This document shows, piece by piece, positions 38,001 through 53,000 of a DNA stretch of 64,000 nt. A program made the position numbers and the translations under genes. The notes below the pieces were generated by a model. The model was not told the origin of the DNA. It saw nothing but the letters and a program-made list of their open reading frames with translations, and did not search any database. This DNA is from Eledone cirrhosa. Lineage: Eukaryota. Position 1 is the first letter of the stretch; each line of letters begins with the position of its first letter. The stretch covers positions 31,124,001 through 31,188,000 of the forward strand of contig OZ024746.1 in assembly GCA_964016885.1 (NCBI GenBank), given 5' to 3'.

Positions 38001-41000
38001 TCACCACTGTCATTGTCACCACTGTCATTGTCACCACTGTCCTTACCATCACTACCACTGCCATTGTCCCCACTGTCCTTACCATCAATACCACTGTCCT
38101 TACCATCAATACCACTGTCATTGTCCCCACTGCCCTTACCATCAATACCACTGTCATTGTCCCCACTGTCCTTACCATCAATACCACTGTCATTGTCCCA
38201 CTGTCCTTACCATTAATACCACTGTCATTGTCCCCACTGTCCTTACCGTCAATACCACTGTCATTGTCCCCACTGTCCTTACCGTCAATACCACTGTCAT
38301 TGTCCCCACTGTCCTTACCATCAATACCACTGTCATTGTCCCCACTGTCCTTACCATCAATACCACTGTCATTGTCCCCACTGTCCTTACCATCAATACC
38401 ACTGTCATTGTCCCCACTGTCCTTACCATCAATACCACTGTCATTGTCCCCACTGTCCTTACCATCAATACCACTGCCATTGTCACCACTGTCCTTACCA
38501 TCAATACCACTGCCATTGTCACCACTGTCCTTACCATCAATACCACTGTCATTGTCCCCACTGTCCTTACCATCAATACCACTGTCATTGTCCCCACTGT
38601 CCTTACCATCAATACCACTGTCATTGTCCCCACTGTCCTTACCATTAATACCACTGTCATTGTCCCCACTGTCCTTACCATCAATACCACTGTTATTGTC
38701 CCCACTGTCCTTACCATCAATACCACTGTCATTGTCCCCACTGTCCTTACCATCAATACCACTGTCATTGTCCCCACTGTCCTTACCATTAATACCACTG
38801 TTATTGTCCCCACTGTCCTTACCATTAATACCACTGTCATTGTCCCCACTGTCCTTACCATTAATACCACTGTCATTGTCCCCACTGTCCTTACCATTAA
38901 TACCACTGTCATTGTCCCCACTGTCCTTACCATCAATACCACTGTCATTGTCCCCACTGTCCTTACCATCAATACCACTGTCATTGTCCCCACTGTCCTT
39001 ACCATCAATACCACTGCCATTGTCACCACTGTCCTTACCATCAATACCACTGTCATTGTCCCCACTGTCCTTACCATCAATACCACTGCCATTGTCCCCA
39101 CTGTCCTTACCATCACTACCACTGCCACCACTATCCTTACCATCACTACCACTGTCATTGTCCCCACTGTCCTTACCATCAATACCACTGTCATTGTCCC
39201 CACTGTCCTTACCATCAATACCACTGCCATTGTCACCACTGTCCTTACCATCAATACCACTGTCATTGTCCCCACTGTCCTTACCATCAATACCACTGCC
39301 ATTGTCCCCACTGTCCTTACCATCACTACCACTGCCATTGTCACCACTATCCTTACCATCACTACCACTGTCATTGTCCCCACTGTCCTTACCATCAATA
39401 CCACTGCCATTGTCCCCACTGTCCTTACCATCAATACCACTGCCATTGTCACCACTATCCTTACCATCACTACCACTGTCATTGTCCCCACTATCCTTAC
39501 CATCACTACCACTGCCATTGTTCCCACTGTCCTTACCATCAATACCACTGCCATTGTCCCCACTGTCCTTACCATCAATACCACTGCCATTGTCACCACT
39601 GTCCTTACCATCACTACCACTGTCATTGTCCCCACTGTCCTTACCATCAATACCACTGCCAGTGTCACCACTGTCCTTACCATCATTACCACTGCCATTG
39701 TCCCCACTGTCCTTACCATCACTACCACTGCCATTGTCCCCACTGTCCTTACCATCAATACCACTGCCATTGTCACCACTGTCCTTACCATCAATACCAG
39801 TGTCATTGTCACCACTGTCCTTACCATCAATACCAGTGTCATTGTCCCCACTGTCCTTACCATCAATACCACTGCCATTGTCCCCACTGTCCTTACCATC
39901 ACTACCACTGCCATTGTCACCACTGTCCTTACCATCAATACCACTGCCATTGTCACCACTGTCCTTACCATCAATACCACTGTTATTGTCCCCACTGTCC
40001 TTACCATCAATACCACTGCCATTGTCACCACTGTCCTTACCATCAATACCAGTGTCATTGTCCCCACTGTCCTTACCATCAATACCACTGCCATTGTCAC
40101 CACTGTCCTTACCATCACTACCACTGCCATTGTCACCACTGTCCTTACCATCAATACCACTGTTATTGTCCCCACTGTCCTTACCATCAATACCACTGCC
40201 ATTGTCACCACTGTCCTTACCATCAATACCAGTGTCATTGTCCCCACTGTCCTTACCATCAATACCACTGTCATTGTCACCAGTCATTGTCACCACTGTC
40301 CTTACCATCAATACCACTGTCATTGTCCCCACTGTCCTTACCATCAATACCACTGTCATTGTCACCAGTCATTGTCACCACTGTCCTTACCATCAATACC
40401 ACTGCCATTGTCACCACTGTCCTTACCATCAATACCACTGCCATTGTCCCCACTGTCCTTACCATCAATACCACTGCCATTGTCACCACTGTCCTTACCA
40501 TCAATACCACTGCCATTGTCCCCACTGTCCTTACCATCAATACCACTGCCATTGTCACCACTGTCCTTACCATCAATACCACTGCCATTGTCACCACTAT
40601 CCTTACCATCACTACCACTGCCATTGTCACCACTGTCCTTACCATCATTACCACTGTCATTGTCCCCACTGTCCTTACCAGCATTACCACTGCCATTGTC
40701 CCCACTGTCCTTACCAGCATTACCACTGTCATTGTCCCCACTGTCCTTACCATCAATACCACTGCCATTGTCCCCACTGTCCTTACCATCAATACCACTG
40801 TCATTGTCCCCACTGTCCTTACAATCAATACCACTGTCATTGTCACCAGTCATTGTCACCACTGTCCTTACCATCAATACCACTGTCATTGTCCCCACTG
40901 TCCTTACCATCAATACCACTGCCATTGTCCCCACTGTCCTTACCATCACTACCACTGCCATTGTCACCACTGTCCTTACCATCAATACCACTGTCATTGT

Positions 41001-44000
41001 CCCCACTGTCCTTACCATCAATACCACTGCCATTGTCCCCACTATCCTTACCATCACTACCACTGCCATTGTCACCACTGTCCTTACCAGCATTACCACT
41101 GTCATTGTCCCCACTGTCCTTACCATCAATACCACTGCCATTGTCACCACTATCCTTACCATCACTACCACTGCCATTGTCCCCACTGTCCTTACCATCA
41201 ATACCACTGTCATTGTCCCCACTGTCCTTACCATCAATACCACTGCCATTGTCACCACTATCCTTACCATCACTACCACTGCCATTGTCACCACTGTCCT
41301 TACCAGCATTACCACTGTCATTGTCCCCACTGTCCTTACCATCAATACCACTGTCATTGTCACCACTGTCCTTACCATCAATACCACTGCCATTGTCACC
41401 ACTGTCCTTACCATCAATACCACTGTCATTGTCCCCACTGTCATTGTCCCCACTGTCCTTACCATCAATACCACTGTCATTGTCCCCACTGTCCTTACCA
41501 TCAATACCACTGTCATTGTCCCCACTGTCCTTACCATCAATACCACTGTCATTGTCCCCACTGCCCTTACCAGCATTACCACTGTCATTGTCCCCACTGT
41601 CCTTACCATCAATACCACTGTCATTGTCACCAGTCATTGTCACCACTGTCCTTACCATCACTACCACTGCCATTGTCACCACTGTCCTTACCATCAATAC
41701 CACTGCCATTGTCCCCACTTTCCTTACCATCAATACCACTGTCATTGTCCCCACTGTCCTTACCATCACTACCACTGTCATTGTCCCCACTGTCCTTACC
41801 AACACTACCACTGCCATTGTCACCACTGTCCTTACCATCAATACCACTGTCATTGTCCCCACTGTCCTTACCATCAATACCACTGTCATTGTCACCAGTC
41901 ATTGTCACCACTGTCCTTACAATCACTACCACTGCCATTGTCACCACTGTCCTTACCATCAATACCACTGCCATTGTCCCCACTGTCCTTACCATCAATA
42001 CCACTGTCATTGTCCCCACTGTCCTTACCATCAATACCACTGCCATTGTCACCACTATCCTTACCATCACTACCACTGCCATTGTCACCACTGTCCTTAC
42101 CATCAATACCACTGTCATTGTCCCCACTGTCCTTACCATCAATACCACTGTCATTATCCCCACTGTCCTTACCATCAATACCACTGCCATTGTCCTTACC
42201 ATCAATACCACTGCCATTGTCCCCACTGTCCTTACCATCAATACCACTGTCATTGTCCCCACTGTCCTTACCATCAATACCACTGCCATTGTCACCACTG
42301 TCCTTACCATCAATACCACTGTCATTGTCCCCACTGTCCTTACCATCACTACCACTGCCATTGTCACCACTGTCCTTACCATCAATACCACTGTCATTGT
42401 CCCCACTGTCCTTACCATCAATACCACTGTCATTGTCCCCACTGTCCTTACCATCAATACCACTGCCATTGTCACCACTGTCCTTACCATCAATACCACT
42501 GCCATTGTCACCACTGTCCTTACCATCAATACCACTGCCATTGTCCCCACTGTCCTTACCATCAATACCACTGTCATTGTCCCCACTGTCCTTACCATCA
42601 CTACCACTGCCATTGTCCCCACTGTCCTTACCATCAATACCACTGTCATTGTCCCCACTGTCCTTACCATCAATACCACTGTCATTGTCACCACTGTCCT
42701 TACCATCAATACCACTGCCACTGTCACCACTGTCATTGTCCCCACTGTCCTTACCATCAATACCACTGCCACTGTCACCACTGTCATTGTCCCCACTGTC
42801 CTTACCATCAATACCACTGTCATTGTCACCACTGTCATTGTCCCCACTGTCCTTACCATCAATACCACTGCCATTGTCACCACTGACCTTACCATCAATA
42901 CCACTGCCATTGTCACCACTCTCCTTACCATCAATACCACTGCCATTGTCCCCACTGTCCTTACCATCACTACCACTGTTATTGTCACCACTGTCCTTAC
43001 CATCAATACCACTGCCATTGTCACCACTGTCCTTACCATCAATACCACTGCCATTGTCACCACTGTCCTTACCATCACTACCACTGTCATTGTCACCACT
43101 GTCCTTACCATCACTACCACTGTCATTGTCACCACTGTCCTTACCATCACTACCACTGTCATTGTCCCCACTGCCCTTACCATCACTACCACTGCCATTG
43201 TCACCACTGTCCTTACCATCAATACCACTGTCATTGTCACCACTGTCCTTACCATCACTACCACTGCCATTGTCACCACTGTCCTTACCATCACTACCAC
43301 TGCCATTGTCACCACTGTCCTTACCATCAATACCACTGCCATTGTCCCCACTGTCCTTACCATCAATACCGGTGTCATTGTCCCCACTGTCCTTACCATC
43401 AATACCGGTGTCATTGTCACCACTGTCCTTACCATCAATACCACTGCCATTGTCCCCACTGTCCTTACCATCAATACCGGTGTCATTGTCACCACTGTCC
43501 TTACCATCAATACCACTGTCATTGTCCCCACTGTCCTTACCATCAATACCGCTGTCATTGTCCCCACTGTCCTTACCATCAATACCACTGTCATTGTCCC
43601 CACTGTCCTTACCATCAATACCGGTGTCATTGTCACCACTGTCCTTACCATCAATACCACTGCCATTGTCCCCACTGTCCTTACCATCAATACCACTGTC
43701 ATTGTCCCCACTGTCCTTACCATCAATACCACTGTCATTGTCCCCACTGTCCTTACCATCAATACCACTGTCATTGTCCCCACTGTCCTTACCATCAATA
43801 CCGCTGTCATTGTCCCCACTGTCCTTACCATCAATACCGCTGTCATTGTCATCACTGTCCTTACCATCAATACCGCTGTCATTGTCATCACTGTCCTTAC
43901 CATCACTACCACTGTCATTGTCATCACTGTCCTTACCATCAATACCGCTGTCATTGTCATCACTGTCCTTACCATCAATACCGCTGTCATTGTCATCACT

Positions 44001-47000
44001 GTCCTTACCATCACTACCACTGTCATTGTCCCCACTGTCCTTACCATCAATACCACTGTCATTGTCCCCACTGTCCTTACCATCAATACCACTGTCATTG
44101 TCACCACTGTCCTTACCATCACTACCACTGCCATTGTCACCACTGTCCTTACCATCAATACCACTGCCATTGTCACCACTCTCCTTACCATCAATACCAC
44201 TGCCATTGTCCCCACTGTCCTTACCATCAATACCACTGTCCTTACCATCACTACCACTGCCATTGTCACCACTGTCCTTACCATCAATACCACTGCCATT
44301 GTCACCACTCTCCTTACCATCAATACCACTGCCATTGTCCCCACTGTCCTTACCATCAATACCACTGTCATTGTCCCCACTGTCCTTACCATCAATACCA
44401 CTGTCATTGTCACCACTGTCCTTACCATCACTACCACTGCCATTGTCACCACTGTCCTTACCATCAATACCACTGTCATTGTCCCCACTGTCCTTACCAT
44501 CAATACCACTGCCATTGTCCCCACTGTCCTTACCATCACTACCACTGCCATTGTCACCACTGTCCTTACCATCAATACCACTGTCATTGTCCCCACTGTC
44601 CTTACCATCAATACCACTGCCATTGTCCCCACTATCCTTACCATCACTACCACTGCCATTGTCACCACTGTCCTTACCAGCATTACCACTGTCATTGTCC
44701 CCACTGTCCTTACCATCAATACCACTGCCATTGTCACCACTATCCTTACCATCACTACCACTGCCATTGTCCCCACTGTCCTTACCATCAATACCACTGT
44801 CATTGTCCCCACTGTCCTTACCATCAATACCACTGCCATTGTCACCACTATCCTTACCATCACTACCACTGCCATTGTCACCACTGTCCTTACCAGCATT
44901 ACCACTGTCATTGTCCCCACTGTCCTTACCATCAATACCACTGTCATTGTCACCACTGTCCTTACCATCAATACCACTGCCATTGTCACCACTGTCCTTA
45001 CCATCAATACCACTGTCATTGTCCCCACTGTCATTGTCCCCACTGTCATTGTCCCCACTGTCCTTACCATCAATACCACTGTCATTGTCCCCACTGTCCT
45101 TACCATCAATACCACTGTCATTGTCCCCACTGCCCTTACCAGCATTACCACTGTCATTGTCCCCACTGTCCTTACCATCAATACCACTGTCATTGTCACC
45201 AGTCATTGTCACCACTGTCCTTACCATCACTACCACTGCCATTGTCACCACTGTCCTTACCATCAATACCACTGCCATTGTCCCCACTTTCCTTACCATC
45301 AATACCACTGTCATTGTCCCCACTGTCCTTACCATCACTACCACTGTCATTGTCCCCACTGTCCTTACCAACACTACCACTGCCATTGTCACCACTGTCC
45401 TTACCATCAATACCACTGTCATTGTCCCCACTGTCCTTACCATCAATACCACTGTCATTGTCACCAGTCATTGTCACCACTGTCCTTACAATCACTACCA
45501 CTGCCATTGTCACCACTGTCCTTACCATCAATACCACTGCCATTGTCCCCACTGTCCTTACCATCAATACCACTGTCATTGTCCCCACTGTCCTTACCAT
45601 CAATACCACTGCCATTGTCACCACTATCCTTACCATCACTACCACTGCCATTGTCACCACTGTCCTTACCATCAATACCACTGTCATTGTCCCCACTGTC
45701 CTTACCATCAATACCACTGTCATTATCCCCACTGTCCTTACCATCAATACCACTGCCATTGTCCTTACCATCAATACCACTGCCATTGTCCCCACTGTCC
45801 TTACCATCAATACCACTGTCATTGTCCCCACTGTCCTTACCATCAATACCACTGCCATTGTCACCACTGTCCTTACCATCAATACCACTGTCATTGTCCC
45901 CACTGTCCTTACCATCAATACCACTGCCATTGTCACCACTGTCCTTACCATCAATACCACTGCCATTGTCACCACTGTCCTTACCATCAATACCACTGCC
46001 ATTGTCCCCACTGTCCTTACCATCAATACCACTGTCATTGTCCCCACTGTCCTTACCATCACTACCACTGCCATTGTCCCCACTGTCCTTACCATCAATA
46101 CCACTGTCATTGTCCCCACTGTCCTTACCATCAATACCACTGTCATTGTCACCACTGTCCTTACCATCAATACCACTGCCACTGTCACCACTGTCATTGT
46201 CCCCACTGTCCTTACCATCAATACCACTGCCACTGTCACCACTGTCATTGTCCCCACTGTCCTTACCATCAATACCACTGTCATTGTCACCACTGTCCTT
46301 ACCATCAATACCACTGTCATTGTCCCCACTGTCCTTACCATCAATACCACTGCCATTGTCACCACTGACCTTACCATCAATACCACTGCCATTGTCACCA
46401 CTCTCCTTACCATCAATACCACTGCCATTGTCCCCACTGTCCTTACCATCACTACCACTGTTATTGTCACCACTGTCCTTACCATCAATACCACTGCCAT
46501 TGTCACCACTGTCCTTACCATCAATACCACTGCCATTGTCACCACTGTCCTTACCATCACTACCACTGTCATTGTCACCACTGTCCTTACCATCACTACC
46601 ACTGTCATTGTCCCCACTGCCCTTACCATCACTACCACTGTCATTGTCACCACTGTCCTTACCATCACTACCACTGTCATTGTCCCCACTGCCCTTACCA
46701 TCACTACCACTGCCATTGTCACCACTGTCCTTACCATCAATACCACTGTCATTGTCACCACTGTCCTTACCATCACTACCACTGCCATTGTCACCACTGT
46801 CCTTACCATCACTACCACTGCCATTGTCACCACTGTCCTTACCATCAATACCACTGCCATTGTCCCCACTGTCCTTACCATCAATACCGGTGTCATTGTC
46901 CCCACTGTCCTTACCATCAATACCGGTGTCATTGTCACCACTGTCCTTACCATCAATACCACTGCCATTGTCCCCACTGTCCTTACCATCAATACCGGTG

Positions 47001-50000
47001 TCATTGTCACCACTGTCCTTACCATCAATACCACTGTCATTGTCCCCACTGTCCTTACCATCAATACCGCTGTCATTGTCCCCACTGTCCTTACCATCAA
47101 TACCACTGTCATTGTCCCCACTGTCCTTACCATCAATACCGGTGTCATTGTCACCACTGTCCTTACCATCAATACCACTGCCATTGTCCCCACTGTCCTT
47201 ACCATCAATACCACTGTCATTGTCCCCACTGTCCTTACCATCAATACCACTGTCATTGTCCCCATTGTCCTTACCATCAATACCACTGTCATTGTCCCCA
47301 CTGTCCTTACCATCAATACCGCTGTCATTGTCCCCACTGTCCTTACCATCAATACCGCTGTCATTGTCATCACTGTCCTTACCATCAATACCGCTGTCAT
47401 TGTCATCACTGTCCTTACCATCACTACCACTGTCATTGTCATCACTGTCCTTACCATCAATACCGCTGTCATTGTCATCACTGTCCTTACCATCAATACC
47501 GCTGTCATTGTCATCACTGTCCTTACCATCACTACCACTGTCATTGTCCCCACTGTCCTTACCATCAATACCACTGTCATTGTCCCCACTGTCCTTACCA
47601 TCAATACCACTGTCATTGTCACCACTGTCCTTACCATCACTACCACTGCCATTGTCACCACTGTCCTTACCATCAATACCACTGCCATTGTCACCACTCT
47701 CCTTACCATCAATACCACTGCCATTGTCCCCACTGTCCTTACCATCAATACCACTGTCCTTACCATCACTACCACTGCCATTGTCACCACTGTCCTTACC
47801 ATCAATACCACTGCCATTGTCACCACTCTCCTTACCATCAATACCACTGCCATTGTCCCCACTGTCCTTACCATCAATACCACTGTCATTGTCCCCACTG
47901 TCCTTACCATCAATACCACTGTCATTGTCACCACTGTCCTTACCATCACTACCACTGTCATTGTCCCCACTGTCCTTACCATCAATACCACTGTCATTGT
48001 CCCCACTGTCCTTACCATCAATACCACTGTCATTGTCCCCACTGTCCTTACCATCAATACCGCTGTCATTGTCCCCACTGTCCTTACCATCAATACCACT
48101 GCCATTGTCACCACTGTCCTTACCATCAATACCACTGCCATTGTCCTCACTGTCCTTACCATCAATACCACTGTCATTGTCCCCACTGTCCTTACCATCA
48201 CTACCACTGCCATTGTCCCCACTGTCCTTACCATCAATACCACTGTCATTGTCCCCACTGTCCTTACCATCAATACCACTGTCATTGTCCCCACTGTCCT
48301 TACCATCACTACCACTGCCATTGTCACCACTGTCCTTACCATCACTAACACTGCCATTGTCACCACTGTCCTTACCATCAATACCACTGTCATTGTCCCC
48401 ACTGTCCTTACCATCAATACCACTGTCATTGTCACCACTGTCCTTACCATCAATACCACTGCCATTGTCACCACTGCCCTTACCATCACTACCACTGTCA
48501 TTGTCCCCACTGTCCTTGTCATTGTCACCACTGTCCTTACCATCACTACCACTGTCATTGTCCCCACTGCCCTTACCATCAATACCACTGCCATTTTCAC
48601 CACTGCCCTTACCATCAATACCACTGCCATTGTCACCACTGTCCTTACCATCATACCACTGTCATTGTCCCCACTGTCCTTGTCATTGTCCCCACTGTCC
48701 TTACCATCACTACCACTGTCATTGTCCCCACTGCCCTTACCATCAATACCACTGTCATTGTCCCCACTGTCCTTACCATCAATACCACTGTCATTGTCAC
48801 CACTGTCCTTACCATCATTACCACTGCCATTGTCACCACTGTCCTTACCATCAATACCACTGTCATTGTCACCACTGTCCTTACCATCAATACCGGTGTC
48901 ATTGTCACCACTGTCCTTACCATCAATACCAGTGTCATTGTCACCACTGTCCTTACCATCATTACCACTGCCATTGTCACCACTGTCCTTACCAACAATA
49001 CCACTGTCATTGTCACCACTGTCCTTACCATCAATACCGGTGTCATTGTCACCACTGTCCTTACCATCAATACCAGTGTCATTGTCACCACTGTCCTTAC
49101 TATCACTACCACTGTCATTGTCACCACTGTCCTTACCATCACTACCACTGTCATTGTCCCCACTGTCCTTACCATCACTACCACTGCCATTGTCACCACT
49201 GTCCTTACTATCACTACCACTGTCATTGTCCCCACTGCCCTTACCATCAATACCACTGTCATTGTCCCCACTGTCCTTACCATCAATACCACTGTCATTG
49301 TCACCACTGTCCTTACCATCATTACCACTGCCATTGTCACCACTGTCCTTACCATCAATACCACTGTCATTGTCACCACTGTCCTTACCATCAATACCGG
49401 TGTCATTGTCACCACTGTCCTTACCATCAATACCAGTGTCATTGTCACCACTGTCCTTACCATCATTACCACTGCCATTGTCACCACTGTCCTTACCAAC
49501 AATACCACTGTCATTGTCACCACTGTCCTTACCATCAATACCACTGTCATTGTCACCACTGTCCTTACTATCAATACCGGTGTCATTGTCACCACTGTCC
49601 TTACCATCAATACCAGTGTCATTGTCACCACTGTCCTTACTATCACTACCACTGTCATTGTCACCACTGTCCTTACCATCACTACCACTGCCATTGTCAC
49701 CACTGTCCTTACCATCACTACCACTGTCATTGTCACCACTGTCCTTACCATCACTACCACTGTCCTTACCATCACTACCACTGTCATTGTCACCACTGTC
49801 CTTACCATCACTACCACTGTCATTGTCACCACTGTCCTTACCATCACTACCACTGCCATTGTCACCACTGTCCTTACCATCACTACCACTGTCATTGTCG
49901 CCACTGTCCTTAACATCACTACCACTGCCATTGTCACCACTGTCCTTACCATCAATACCACTGTCATTGTCACCACTGTCCTTACCATCACTACCACTGC

Positions 50001-53000
50001 CATTGTCACCACTCTCCTTACCATCACTACCACTGTCATTGTCGCCACTGTCCTTACCATCACTACCACTGCCATTGTCACCACTGTCCTTACCATCAAT
50101 ACCACTGTCATTGTCACCACTGTCCTTACCATCACTACCACTGTCATTGTCCCCACTGCCCTTACCATCACTACCACTGCCATTGTCACCACTGTCCTTA
50201 CCATCACTACCACTGTCCTTACCATCACTACAACTGCCATTGTCACCACTGTCCTTACCATCAATACCACTGTCATTGTCACCACTGTCCTTACCATCAC
50301 TACCACTGCCATTGTCACCACTGTCCTTACCATCACTACCACTGCCATTGTCACCACTGTCCTTACCATCAATACCACTGTCATTGTCGCCACTGTCCTT
50401 ACCATCAATACCGGTGTCATTGTCACCACTGTCCTTACCATCAATACCACTGCCATTGTCCCCACTGTCCTTACCATCAATACCACTGTCATTGTCCCCA
50501 CTGTCCTTACCATCAATACCACTGTCATTGTCCCCACTGTCCTTACCATCAATACCACTGTCATTGTCCCCACTGTCCTTACCATCAATACCACTGTCAT
50601 TGTCCCCACTGTCCTTACCATCAATACCGCTGTCATTGTCCCCACTGTCCTTACCATCAATACCGCTGTCATTGTCCCCACTGTCCTTACCATCAATACC
50701 ACTGTCATTGTCACCACTGTCCTTACCATCACTACCACTGCCATTGTCACCACTGTCCTTACCATCAATACCACTGCCATTGTCACCACTCTCCTTACCA
50801 TCAATACCACTGCCATTGTCCCCACTGTCCTTACCATCACTACCACTGTTATTGTCCCCACTGTCCTTACCATCACTACCACTGCCATTGTCACCACTGT
50901 CCTTACCATCAATACCACTGCCATTGTCCCCACTGTCCTTACCATCACTACCAGTGTCATTGTCCCCACTGTCCTTACCATCAATACCACTGCCATTGTC
51001 ACCACTGTCCTTACCATCAATACCAGTGTCATTGTCACCACTGTCCTTACCATCACTACCAGTGTCATTGTCACCACTGTCCTTACCATCAATACCAGTG
51101 TCATTGTCACCACTGTCCTTACCGTCAATACCAGTGTCATTGTCCCCACTGTCCTTACCATCACTACCAGTGTCATTGGCCCCACTGTCCTTACCATCAA
51201 TACCACTGCCATTGTCACCACTGTCCTTACCATCACTACCAGTGTCATTGTCACCACTGTCCTTACCATCAATACCACTGTCATTGTCCCCACTGTCCTT
51301 ACCATCAATACCGCTGTCATTGTCATCACTGTCCTTACCATCACTACCACTGTCATTGTCATCACTGTCCTTACCATCAATACCACTGTCATTGTCCCCA
51401 CTGTCCTTACCATCAATACCACTGTCATTGTCCCCACTGTCCTTACCATCAATACCACTGTCATTGTCACCACTGTCCTTACCATCACTACCACTGCCAT
51501 TGTCCCCACTGTCCTTACCATCAATACCACTGTCATTGTCACCACTGTCCTTACCATCACTACCACTGCCATTGTCACCACTGTCCTTACCATCAATACC
51601 AGTGTCATTGTCACCACTCTCCTTACCATCAATACCACTGTCATTGTCCCCACTGTCCTTACCATCAATACCACTGTCATTGTCCCCACTGTCCTTACCA
51701 TCAATACCACTGTCATTGTCACCACTGTCCTTACCATCACTACCACTGCCATTGTCCCCACTGTCCTTACCATCAATACCACTGTCATTGTCACCACTGT
51801 CCTTACCATCACTACCACTGCCATTGTCCCCACTGTCCTTACCATCACTACCAGTGTCATTGTCCCCACTGTCCTTACCATCAATACCACTGCCATTGTC
51901 ACCACTGTCCTTACCATCAATACCAGTGTCATTGTCCCCACTGTCCTTACCATCAATACCACTGCCATTGTCACCACTGTCCTTACCATCACTACCAGTG
52001 TCATTGTCACCACTGTCCTTACCATCAATACCAGTGTCATTGTCACCACTGTCCTTACCATCAATACCAGTGTCATTGTCCCCACTGTCCTTACCATCAA
52101 TACCACTGCCATTGTCACCACTGTCCTTACCATCACTACCAGTGTCATTGTCACCACTGTCCTTACCATCACTACCAGTGTCATTGTCACCACTGTCCTT
52201 ACCATCAATACCACTGTCATTGTCCCCACTGTCCTTACCATCAATACCACTGTCATTGTCACCACTGTCCTTACCATCACTACCACTGCCATTGTCCCCA
52301 CTGTCATTGTCCCCACTGTCCTTACCATCAATACCAGTGCCATTGTCACCACTGTCATTGTCCCCACTGTCCTTACCATCAATACCACTGCCATTGTCAC
52401 CACTGTCCTTACCATCACTACCAGTGTCATTGTCACCACTGTCCTTACCATCACTACCAGTGTCATTGTCCCCACTGTCCTTACCATCAATACCACTGCC
52501 ATTGTCACCACTGTCCTTACCATCACTACCAGTGTCATTGTCACCACTGTCCTTACCATCAATACCAGTGTCATTGTCACCACTGTCCTTACCATCAATA
52601 CCAGTGTCATTGTCCCCACTGTCCTTACCATCAATACCACTGCCATTGTCACCACTGTCCTTACCATCACTACCAGTGTCATTGTCACCACTGTCCTTAC
52701 CATCACTACCAGTGTCATTGTCACCACTGTCCTTACCATCAATACCACTGTCATTGTCCCCACTGTCCTTACCATCAATACCACTGTCATTGTCACCACT
52801 GTCCTTACCATCACTACCACTGCCATTGTCCCCACTGTCATTGTCCCCACTGTCCTTACCATCAATACCAGTGCCATTGTCACCACTGTCATTGTCCCCA
52901 CTGTCCTTACCATCAATACCACTGCCATTGTCACCACTGTCCTTACCATCACTACCAGTGTCATTGTCACCACTGTCCTTACCATCAATACCAGTGTCAT

